Below are positions 33,238 to 44,800 of a DNA stretch of 45,311 nt, piece by piece; the stretch's first letter is position 1; each line of letters begins with the position of its first letter. Location: NCBI GenBank assembly GCA_001179505.1, contig CDMY01000598.1, positions 1 to 45,311 on the forward strand. Direction: 5' to 3'. The notes under the pieces are model-generated. The model searched no databases. It was not told the origin of the DNA and worked only from the letters and a program-made list of their open reading frames with translations. The position numbers and the translations under genes were made by a program. This stretch comes from Vitrella brassicaformis CCMP3155. Lineage: Eukaryota > Protista > Chromerida.

Positions 33238-33475
33238 AGGAAGGGATGGATGGGTGCATTGAATGCATTGCATGGGGGGGATGGATGGATGTCTTGACCG
33301 ACCGACCGGGAGTGTTCGTGTATGTGAGACCTACGTTGTGTTGCATTATTGATTGATTTTTGAAGCTGCTTTGCATCAAGCAATGACATGCTCTCATTGA
33401 TAAGACGGTGCCTGCCTTCATTGCGCATGCACCACACTTTTTCACCAAAGGACCATCGCACCTCTCTGCAGGTTT

Positions 33476-33485
33476 GAGCTCGCAA
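33476..33485 (-). promoter_or_regulatory. TTGCGAGCTC element ~27 bp upstream of the VPS45 ATG
   Basis: gagctcgcaa on the + strand. Confidence 0.5.
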
Positions 33486-33511
33486 ACAGAGGGAGGCAGG
33501 TCTGAACAACC

Positions 33512-35680
33512 ATGGCGCTGTCCATAGTGACATGCATCCAGGAGTACATCCGCTCGATGATCGAGCGCGTCGGCGGCATGAAGGTCCTGCTGCTCGACGG
33601 CGAGACCACCGGCATCGTCAGCATGGTCTTCTCCCAGTCGCAGATCCTCGAGCGAGAGGTCTTCCTGGTGGAGCGACTCGACGCCGAAAACAAGGAGAAG
33701 ATGCGCCACCTCAACGCCGTGTGCTTCTTCCGCCCGACAGCCGACAACTTCCTCCGACTCGCCAAGGAGCTCAAGGCGCCGAGCTACGCCGAGTACCACC
33801 TGTTCTTCTCCAACGTAGCGCCGCATTCGCAGCTGGAGCGGCTGGCGAGGTGCGATGAGTACGACAGCGTGCAGCAGGTGCACGAGTACTTCGCCGACCT
33901 CTACGCCATCAACCACGACCTCTTCTCGCTCAACCTGGCGGGCACCGTGGGCCTCACACAGGACCCGACGGCCTGGACCAACTTCGAGGAGGCCGTCTTC
34001 GAGCGCACCGTCGAGGGCATCTTCGCCGCGCTGCTGGCGCTGCGCAGGCGGCCATTGGTGCGGTACCTGAAGCCGTCTGAGCTGTGCAGGAGGGTGGCGA
34101 CCAAGCTGCAGCAGCGGATGACCGAGGATCACTCATTGTTCGACAGCATGGGGGTGGGGCTCAGGGCAGGTGAGGATACACACACACAACACACAGAGAG
34201 AGGCCCTTTTGGTATGGGCGGATGGGTGGTGGATGTGTGTGTGCAGGTGGTGCGGGTGACTATTCGGCTGGCGGCGGCGGGTGTGTGTTGCTGCTGGTGG
34301 ATAGGAGGGAGGACCCCGTGACGCCCCTCCTCAACCAGTGGACCTACCAGGTATGCACGTTCACACATGCAACGCTTCCCTCATCCATCCATGTGTGTGT
34401 GTGTGTGTGTCCCTCATTCCGTCAGGCGATGTTGCACGAGTTGATAGGGATCGAGAACAACCGTGTGGACATGCGCAAGGCGCCGGGCATCGCTGAGGAC
34501 CTCAAGGAGATCGTCATGAGCCCTGCACAAGACAACTTCCTGGAACAGGTGACTGTGTCAGCGACGCAGACAGTGGGAGGGAGGAGAGCGCATCCAGGCA
34601 CCCGTGTATGCCTGGCCTGGCTGTGTGTGTGTGTTGTGTTGTGTTGTGTGAATCTCAGAATTTGAGTTCCAACTTCGGCGACCTCGGTGTGGCGATCAAG
34701 CGATATGTGGAGGCGTACCAGCAGCAGGTAGGTGTGCCTGTCACCACACCATGCATGTGTGTGTCCATCCCTCCCTCATCCGTGTGTTGTGTGTTGTGTG
34801 ATGTGTGTTGTGTGTTGCGTCTTATGCAGACTCAGAACACCGCCAAGATCGAGTCGATAGAGGACATGCAGCGGTTCGTCGACCAGTTCCCCGAGTTCAG
34901 AAAACTTTCAGGTAGGTAGGTAGGCAGGGGACTTTCTCCAGCCAAACAACGAACACATCCATTCGTGTGCATCATGATGCGCCATCCATCCGTCGACTCA
35001 TGCAGGCAACGTGTCCAAGCATGTGGCCGTCGTGCACGAGCTGTCCCGGCTCGTCGAGACCAACGACCTGCTGGACGTCTCGTGCCTAGAACAGGTAGGT
35101 CGGTATGCCGTGCTGCTGATGTGGCTGGGGTCTACCACAGAGAAATGCATTGTGTGTTCCTGTGCTGTGTGTTGGTGTAGGATTTGGCGTGCACCAACAA
35201 CAGGAATGAGCACTGCAAGGCGGTGCTGGACCGGCTCCGCAGCCCAGACACGCGCAACATGGAGAGGCTGCGGCTGGTCCTCCTCTACGCCCTCAGGTGA
35301 ATGGACGCGAGCACAGAGAGAGAGTGTGTGTGTGTGGGCATTGTGTGTGTGTGTGTGTGTGTGTAGGTATGAGAATGACACGTACATCGGTCAGCTCAAG
35401 GAAGAGCTCAAGAAGGCCGGCATAGAGGAGGAACAGGTGATCCCCCAATGCACCCAAGTAGCCAGCATCTCACTCATCCTCTGTGTGTCCCTTCCTTCAC
35501 ATATAAGTGCAGGTGGCGTTGGTTGACGCGTTGCTGGCTCATGCGGGCTCCCACGTGAGGAGCGGCGATCTGTTCCAAAACAAGAACTTCCTCGCCGTCG
35601 CGAAGAGCAGCATACAGAGGGGATTCAAGGTCAACAGACCGTCTGGCGGGGGAGGGGTGACACTGCGAGATGAACTCATG

Positions 35681-35712
<32 letters not shown>

Positions 35713-36362
35713 TGTGTCAGGGTGTGCCCAATGTGTACACGCAGCACAAATCGCTTCTCGCCACCACACTGGAGCTGCTACTCAAAGGTCGGCCACACAT
35801 ACACATCCCCACAGATCCATCCATCCATCCATCCATGTCTTCCTTTGTGTGTGCATGGCTGCAGGCAAGCTCAAGGAGACGCAGTACCCCTTCGTGCCCA
35901 CCACCCACTCCACAGCCAGCGGCGCCGCTTCACGAGACAAACCCTCAGAGGTACTTGGAGGCACCTCACCTCGCCCCCTCCACACCAATAGTGCCTGATG
36001 GATGGATGGATGGCGTGGCGTGTGTGTCATGGATGCGGCAGGTGATAGTCTTCGTTGTGGGCGGTGCGACCTTCGAGGAGGCGCGTGACGTGGCCCACCT
36101 CAACGCACAGGGGGGCTGCCGTATCATTCTCGGCGGCACCACCGTACACAACACCAAATCGTTCCTCGCAGACATTTCCCAGCTGGTGAGAGAGCCAACG
36201 ACACCCATCATCGCGTGTAGTCGAATGACACTGTGTGTTTGGGTGTGTGGTCAGGTGCGCGGGAGGAGGGTGTCTACGAGCCTTGACTTTGGCGGGGCTT
36301 CATCGTCATCGTCCTCTGCTGCTGCTGCCAGCGGGCCTCTGGGGGCGGGGGCGCTCGTGTAG
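33512..36362 (+). CDS. VPS45: Sec1/Munc18-family protein VPS45
   Basis: [77 protein letters not shown]|[38 protein letters not shown]. Confidence 0.96.
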
Positions 36363-37330
36363 TCGTGTAGATAGTTGATGGCAGTGGCAAGCCCCCAGAC
36401 AGACAGACAGACAGACAGACAGACATAGATGGGAACACTTCCGTGAGGATGGTAGAGGTAGGTAGACGGGGCGAGCGACTGGCCGCCGACTCATTTGTTT
36501 GTTTTGCTGCGTGCCTGCGTGCTGATTGAATGATCGCTGAGTGTCCGTATGTTGTGGAAGCCCATTGATCGGTCATTCATCACAAATACAACCAACGCGT
36601 GGCAGGTCTCTGTCGTCCACACACGATTCATCTGCGGCACACACCGCACTGCACCCGTCGACATTATATATACACACAGGCCACTTTATATATACACAAC
36701 ACGGTGGGTGGGGGTGGGAAAAGGAATCTCCTCGAGTGTGCAGCAGCCAGCCAGTCAGCCAATCCATCCATCCATCCGCCGGCCAGCCAGCTGCCAGTGA
36801 GTTGAGTCATCAGGCGGGCCGGGCAGGAGGTAGTCAGACGGACAAACCCCTCTGTCATGGCTGATGCGCCCCTCCGTCCCCTGATCAACACCTAGGGAAG
36901 AGGACGACAACACAACACACACAAACGCTGTGGATGGGCTGGCTGGCAAGCTGTTTGTCCACTCAGCGCGGTCTGCTGATCCTGTCCAGGGGCTGAGGAG
37001 GGTGCGGCAGCACCGAACGCGTCGTCATCTGCCGGGCAACATAACAATTTTGAACATGAATGAGTAACTCAGAATGGGCACGCGAGATGCGTCACTTTCA
37101 TGCTGCTCACCGTAGTCCCCGATTGGCGAGAGGCCTCGGTCCTGGGCTGTGGCACTGCCCGCGCTGTAGAAAGATGCACAGATCCATCCATCCATTCCTT
37201 TCCATTCCACGCCACTGAACACGCCTGCCTCTGCAAATAACTTGATGAGTCCATCCTGATCACCAACCGCGCGACTAAGGTCCCTCAACAGCAGCAGCGG
37301 TTTCAGGTAGCACCCTAGGCACAGGAAAAT

Positions 37331-37339
37331 TTGCGAGCT
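37331..37339 (+). promoter_or_regulatory. TTGCGAGCT element marking a probable promoter upstream of the exon-cassette array
   Basis: Exact motif in a pyrimidine-rich intergenic stretch; a + strand donor (cag|gtaagt) follows at ~37727. Confidence 0.4.
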
Positions 37340-38805
37340 GGCACTGCCTGCACCGCTACCCTATCTTCTCTCCACGCGACAAGAGGATGAGGCGAGATTT
37401 CGCGACGCGACGACGCGACGCGACGAGACGAAAACTGGAATAATTTCTCGCGTTCTTCACAATTTTCGTCCGGTTCGGCTTTCCATCCCTGTTTCGCCCA
37501 CAGATCCTTCACTCTTTCCTCTTTTCGCCTGGTAATCGGCTTATATCGTCGGCCGCGTCCCCCTCCACCCCTCCCAATTCGTCCGGTTGTCATTCGCCAC
37601 TTCCTCACTGAATCGCTGGTGAGCCCTCAGTTGCCTGGCGCCTGTCTGCCGGGCGGAGCTGCCTGGCGCCTGTCTGCTGTGACCAGGGTGTGCGGGCGCC
37701 TTCTGCCATCAAGAAGCCCTCCATCAGGTAAGTACCTGAGTGTGTGGCCCCGTATGTCATGTCTTTTTGCTGTGAAGATGTGTGGTGCATGGGTGGTGTG
37801 TAAGGATGAATACTCGATCCTTCCCGCACTGTGCGGTGCTCACTTGCCTCCCTTTGTCATGTTCAGGTGCAGAAAAATGATACTTTCCTGATTCTTTCCA
37901 TGGCCGTCTCCTTCTCTCGACGCACTTCTCAACAGAGTGTAAGTGCTTTGAATGAGTGTGAATGAGCGTGTCTTCACGTAAACGTCAAGCCTACTTCTGC
38001 ACTTCAGAAATGCAGTCTCTCCTTTGCAGAATGTGCACGTGCAGGGGAAAAAAGAAGAGAAAAGAAAACCAGCCTGTCTTCTTCGGTTCCACAGGTCACA
38101 CGCGAGCAAACAATCGATTTCTAAATTTCAGACCGAGGGCGTTCCTGACGACAGCTGATGGAAGTTTCCTCAGGCACAAACACGTCCTAAGAAAAGGTTT
38201 GCCCTGCTGTCTGTTATGTGTCTCCTGTCCCCTGTCCCTTTGGCCGCTTCGGCGGCCACCAAAAGCACTGCCAGGGGTCCATCACATCAGCCAAGGGGCT
38301 GCTTCTCGAGATGCCTGCTTCCCGAGTGCAGATCTTTCAAGGCAATGAAGACAAAGGAAGGTAATCCACACAATGGATTGATCACTATATATATACATCG
38401 GATTATTTCCTCCCTAACAGCGCGAATGGCAACGGCATTCCATTTGACCGCACGAAGAAGGAGGCAACTCGGCTGAGAAGCCAGCTCGGCCGACAAGTCA
38501 TCGGGTACAACTGTGTGTGATGCGGTGTGTGGTGCGCTGTGTTCAGGCCGCGGTGGTCGATATGATGACATGTACAACAGTCATGACATGTACAACAGTC
38601 ATAACAGTCATGTGCAGGAGTACAAAGAACTCAAGCACACCCAATTGAGCACACCCGTATATACGGCACACCTTCTCATCTGTCTGTCTGGGTGCGTTTG
38701 TATGGTGTCCCGGGTGCAGAAGAAGTTGTTTGAGATGATTGCTCGAGGCCAAGATAGCTGAGATTAAGGAGGTGGGGAGGATATCCGCAGACACAGAGAG
38801 AGAGA

Positions 38806-41800
38806 TGGCAGACATAGCCACAGCAGATCCCCTGGAGAGGGCCTGGCGTCAGGAGGCCGAGAAGCAGCGGCAGATAGTGGAGGGTAAGTGTGTATGTGGC
38901 AGTGAGGGAGTCAGACGTTGCACCCTTGCAACAAAGGCGGGAGGGAGAAGTGTTTCGTGGGTGACGGAACGTGGCCATGATGTGTGTCTGTGTCGCAGAG
39001 TTTGACAGTTATGAGAGGGAGGACCCCACTGGGCGCGTCGTGAGGAGGGAATGGCTGAGGCTGTATGAGGAGCGGGAGCATACGAGAGGTGAGGACCAAC
39101 AACAGCGTCGCCCCCATTGCCTGCCTGCCTGCATCGTGCCGCGCTGTATACTGTCTGTGTGGCGTGCAGAGAGCTGCTACATTTGGCGGACATGCACAAG
39201 GTGGCCGTGGAGGGCATCAAGAATCTGCTAAAGTCAAACAAGAATATGGCAGAGACGGCGCGGGCGAACCAGGTGGGCACATACATGTCAGCGGACTCCT
39301 ATACGGCACGCCTTCTCTCATCTGTCTGTCTGTCTGTCTGGGTGTGTGTGTGTGGTGTCCTGCGAGCAGAAGAAGCTGCTCGATATCCTCAGCGGCCTCA
39401 AAGCCAAGATACGGGAGTTGGAACAGCAGCAGGTCGGCCTCAAAGCCAAGATACGGGAGTTGGAACAGCGGCAGGTACGTTCACCTACTTGTGGCCAGAC
39501 AGTTAGACCCACACAGAGAAACAGACACACACACTCTTTCGTTGTTTGTATGTTTGTTTGTGTCCACCCAGTCGCCCAGCAGCAGCAGCAGCAGCACCGC
39601 CTCCCCGCCCCCCTCTCCGCGGCAGTGAGGGGAGTGAGTGACGTTGCACACTCGCAAGAGAGGCGGGAGGGAGGGAGGAGCTCTGCTCTGTGTGTGAGGG
39701 AACGTGGCCATGATGGTATGCGCTGTCTGTGTATGCTGCAGAGATAAGGAAATACGACGACGTGGCCCTCATCAAGCTCTACGAGGACAGGAAGTATCTA
39801 TCTGGTGAGGACACAACACCAGTATCGGACCCATTGCCTGCCTGCCTCCCTGCCTGCGTCCATACGTGTCGCATTGTCCTGTCTGTGTGGCGTGCAGAGC
39901 GGTGCAACACGCTGAGGGACCTGCACAACGGGGCTGTGGACGGCATCTGCAATCTGCTCAAGAGCAAGAAGTCTATATGTGAGAGGGCCAACGCCAACCA
40001 GGTGGGTACATATGTGGCGACACAGCCCTATACGGCACANNNNNNNNNNNNNNNNNNNNNNNNNNNNNNNNNNNNNNNNNNNNNNNNNNNNNNNNNNNNN
40101 NNNNNNNNNNNNNNNNNNNNNNNNNNNNNNNNNNNNNNNNNNNNNNNNNNNNNNNNNNNNNNNNNNNNNNNNNNNNNNNNNNNNNNNNNNNNNNNNNNNN
40201 NNNNNNNNNNNNNNNNNNNNNNNNNNNNNNNNNNNNNNNNNNNNNNNNNNNNNNNNNNNNNNNNNNNNNNNNNNNNNNNNNNNNNNNNNNNNNNNNNNNN
40301 NNNNNNNNNNNNNNNNNNNNNNNNNNNNNNNNNNNNNNNCGGCCTCAAAGCCAAGATACGGGAGTTGGAACAGCGGCAGGTACGTTCACCTACTTGTGGC
40401 CAGACAGTCAGACCCACACAGAGAAACAGACACACACACTCTTTCGTTGTTTGTATGTTTGTTTGTGTCCACCCAGTCGCCCAGCAGCAGCAGCAGCAGC
40501 ACCGCCTCACCGCCCCCCTCACCGTGACTCAGCGAGGACAGGAAGTGGGGAATCCATCCATTCGCCTACTCACCTATCCGCCCGTGTGTGTTTGTGTTGT
40601 CAGAACCGTCCGGATTCTCGTCCGCCGTGCACAGTAGTGTGTAAGTGCTTCAACACGTTCGCCACATGTGTGCAGGCAGCTTGCGTACGTGGATGTGTGT
40701 GCGTGTGGGGGGCTGTGCAGTGAACACATTGGGCTGCCCAACTTCCCCACCGAGGACGACATCGAAGTCATCGTCACCAAACTCATAGAGAGTCCGTCCG
40801 CACACGCATACGGACACACAGCCCATATGGATGGCCTCTATCTTTTGCGTGTGTGTGTGTCTTTGTATGCGTCTACGTGTCTGTCAGTCGGCGACATCAG
40901 ACGGACGGCATCCGTCTGGAGAGAGCGTAGCCGCCACAAACTCGAACAAACCTTCCAGAGCCTCCCAAAACTGCCGGACTCATACACACTCAGCAAAAAC
41001 GGTCGGTACACACAAACCGCCACACACAGAGAGACCGGATGGACACACGTCGATGTGTGTGTGTGTGTGTGTCACAGAGTTCGTGTCGAAATCATCTGAC
41101 ATCGAAATCGTCCCCAAGCTGTGCGCCCTACTCAAATACTGGCGTGTGGCGTTGAATGTCTGGGTGCGTGTGTGCCGACACATTGACGCATCCCCAACCT
41201 ACAGACGCGTGTGTCTGTGTAGGTTGGCCCGATCCAGAAGCTCGAGGAGGAAAACCCCATAGGAATGCAGCTCAAAGAAGACCAGTACACACATAAACAC
41301 ACCTGCATGCACCCACAACGTGTGTGTACGTGTGTGTGTGTGTGTGTGTGTCGCCAGGTACAGCTCAAGCGAGGGCATGCCCATTTCCGTGTTAAACGGT
41401 GTGTGCGGGAGCAAGAAGCAGGTATCCCTAGTCATCCCTAGTCATACCTGATGCATCCGTGCCCCTGCATACCGCTCTCTCCACCTTTCTGTGTGTGCGC
41501 CAGGCGGTTGCCGTCTTGACTTACTGGTGGGATGAAGACCTCCAGACACTTCTCAACATGATCGTCGCGTTGGTCGAGGTCAGCGAACGAAAACGGTCTT
41601 CGGGGTCACGGCGACTGAATACACACTTACACACGAGAGGGCCTCATACCCATATGCTGAATGGTAAGTGTGTATGCGGCGGTGCGGGAGCCAGACGTTG
41701 CACACCTGCCAAGATAGGCGGGAGGGAGGAGTTCTGTTCTGTGGGTGACGGAACGTGGCCATGATGTGTGTGTGTTTCGTAGAATTTGGCAGTTATGAGA

Positions 41801-44800
41801 GGGAGGACCCCACTGGGCTCGTCGTGAGCAGGGAATGGCTGAGGCTGTATGAGGAGCGGGAGCATACGAGAGGTGAGGACCAACAACAGCGTCGCCCCCA
41901 TTGCCTGCCTGCCTGCATCGTGCCGCGCTGTATACTGTCTGTGTGGCGTGCAGAGAGCTGCTACATTTGGCAGGACATGCACAAGGGGGCGGTGGAGGGC
42001 ATCAAGAATCTGCTGAAGTCAAACAAGAATATGGCAGAGACGGCGCGGGCGAACCAGGTGGGCACATACATGTCAGCGGACTTCTATACGGTACACCTTG
42101 TCATCTGTCTGTCTGGGTGCGTGTGTATGGTGTCCTGAGTGCAGAAGAAGCTGCTCGATATCATCAGTGGCCTGAAGGCCAAGCTACGGGAGTTGGAGCA
42201 GCAGGTACGTTCATCTACTTGTGCCCACAGCCAGACACACACAGAGAAAGAGACACACACTCTTTCAATGTTTGTTTGTGCGTCCCCAGTCGACAGTCAC
42301 CGAGTGGCACCACCACCGCTCCCTCCCCGCCCCTCCCCTCTAGCGAGAAGGCCGACCTGCAGATGCGGGAGCCCAGGGGCCGTGAGGAGAAGATAGGATG
42401 TCGTTTGTCGCTGGCCTTGAGAGGGCCTGTACCTAACAGTTCGTGAAAAGGCGCCAGCTGCTGAATGGTGAGCTTGTGTGTGGAGGTCACTGACGCTGCA
42501 CACTTGCAAGAGAGGCCAGCGAAGAACATGGGAGCGTTTTGTGTGGAACCGAACGTGGCCATGATGGTATGCGCCGTGTGTGTGCATGTTGCAGAGCTAA
42601 GGGGGTACGACGACGAGCAGCTCCTCACCCCATACGAGGAAAGACAATTCTTTGGGGGTGAGGACCAAACGACACTTAGTCTATTCCCTACCGACTGCCT
42701 GCCATACAAGCTGAGCTGTGTGCTGTCTGTGTGGCGTGCAGGGCGGTGCAACGAGCTCCACGACCTGCACAACGGGGCGGTGGAGGGGGTCTGCAGCCTG
42801 TTGGAGAGCAGGAAGGGGCTGCTGGAGACGGCCAAGTCCAATGAGGTGGGTGTATGCACACACGTCGGCGGACTCCCATGCGGCACACCTTGTCATCTGT
42901 CTGTCTGGGTGCGTGTGTATGGTGTCCTGAGTGCAGAAGAAGCTCCTCGATGAGATAGACGGCCTAGAGGCCAAAATAAAGGAGCTCGAGCAGGAGCAGG
43001 TACGTACGTCTATCTACTTGTGGGCAGACAGCCAGACCCACACAGAGAAGGAACGTGGCCATGATGGTATGCGCTGTTTGTATGTTGCAGAGCTGAGTGG
43101 ATGGGCGGTCTCGCCATCAACATCGCTGGCTACATTGTATATTCTGTTGTCTCTTGTGTGGAATGCGTTGCGACTGCACTCACACACACACAAGGAGATG
43201 GCGACGACAGCCACAGCAGATGGCCTTGGGATGGCCTGGCGCCGGAAGGCCGAGAAGAGGCGGCAGATACTGGAGGGTAAGTGTGTATGCGGCAGTGAGG
43301 GAGTCAGGCAGACGTTGCGCACCTGCAAGAACGGCGGGAGGGACGAGTTCTGTTCTGTAGGCGACGGAGTGTGGCCATGATGTGTGTGTCGCAGAGTTCG
43401 AAAGTCACAGGAGGAAAGACGAGGCTGAGCAAGACGATTGGCGAGTGCTGCGGAGGGAATGGCTGAGGCTGTATGAGGAGCGGGAGCATACGAGAGGTGA
43501 GGACCAACAACAGCGTCGCCCCCATTGCCTGCCTGCCTGCATCGTGCCGCGCTGTATACTGTCTGTGTGGCGTGCAGAGAGCTGCTACATTTGGCAGGAC
43601 ATGCACAAGGGGGCGGTGGAGGGCATCAAGAATCTGCTAAAGTCAAACAAGAATATGGCAGAGACGGCGCGGGCGAACCAGGTGGGCACATACATGTCAG
43701 CGGACTCCTACACGGCACGCCTTCTCTCATCTGTCTGTCTGTCTGTCTGGGTGTGTGTGTGTGGTGTCCTGCGAGCAGAAGAAGNNNNNNNNNNNNNNNN
43801 NNNNNNNNNNNNNNNNNNNNNNNNNNNNNNNNNNNNNNNNNNNNNNNNNNNNNNNNNNNNNNNNNNNNNNNNNNNNNNNNNNNNNNNNNNNNNNNNNNNN
43901 NNNNNNNNNNNNNNNNNNNNNNNNNNNNNNNNNNNNNNNNNNNNNNNNNNNNNNNNNNNNNNNNNNNNNNNNNNNNNNNNNNNNNNNNNNNNNNNNNNNN
44001 NNNNNNNNNNNNNNNNNNNNNNNNNNNNNNNNNNNNNNNNNNNNNNNNNNNNNNNNNNNNNNNNNNNNNNNNNNNNNNNNNNNNAGAGAAACAGACACAC
44101 ACACTCTTTCGTTGTTTGTATGTTTGTTTGTGTCCACCCAGTCGCCCAGCAGCAGCAGCAGCAGCACCGCCTCCCCGCCCCCCTCTCCGCGGCAGTGAGG
44201 GGAGTGAGTGACGTTGCACACTCGCAAGAGAGGCGGGAGGGAGGGAGGAGCTCTGCTCTGTGTGTGAGGGAACGTGGCCATGATGGTATGCGCTGTCTGT
44301 GTATGCTGCAGAGATAAGGAAATACGACGACGTGGCCCTCATCAAGCTCTACGAGGACAGGAAGTATCTATCTGGTGAGGACACAACACCAGTATCGGAC
44401 CCATTGCCTGCCTGCCTCCCTGCCTGCGTCCATACGTGTCGCATTGTCCTGTCTGTGTGGCGTGCAGAGCGGTGCAACACGCTGAGGGACCTGCACAACG
44501 GGGCTGTGGACGGCATCTGCAATCTGCTCAAGAGCAAGAAGTCTATATGTGAGAGGGCCAACGCCAACCAGGTGGGTACATATGTGGCGACACAGCCCTA
44601 TACGGCACACCTTCTCATCTGTCTGTCTGTCTGGGTGTGTTTGTATGGTGTGGTGTGGTGAGTGCAGAGAAAGCTGCTGGAGAGGATTGACGGCCTGGAG
44701 GCCAAAATAAAGGAGCTCGAGTGGCAGGTACGTCTATCTACTTGTGCGCAGACAGCCAGACCCACACAGAGAAACAGGCAGACACACTCTTTCGTTGTTT

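Larger units (their letters stand above)
39010..44610. repeat. Recent local duplication: ~39010-40039 is near-identical to ~43440-44610
   Basis: Exons and introns match by eye; offset 4409 before and 4570 after the N gap at 43785-44084. Confidence 0.9.

Noticed and set aside
37315-37608. Basic 97-aa minus-strand ORF
   Set aside because: It is the reverse complement of a pyrimidine-rich promoter-like tract, with no ATG start and no splice or domain support
41100-41150. LCALLKYW as an OAS/cGAS-like nucleotidyltransferase helix
   Set aside because: No hG(G/S)-x(9-13)-DxD catalytic signature in the joined exons
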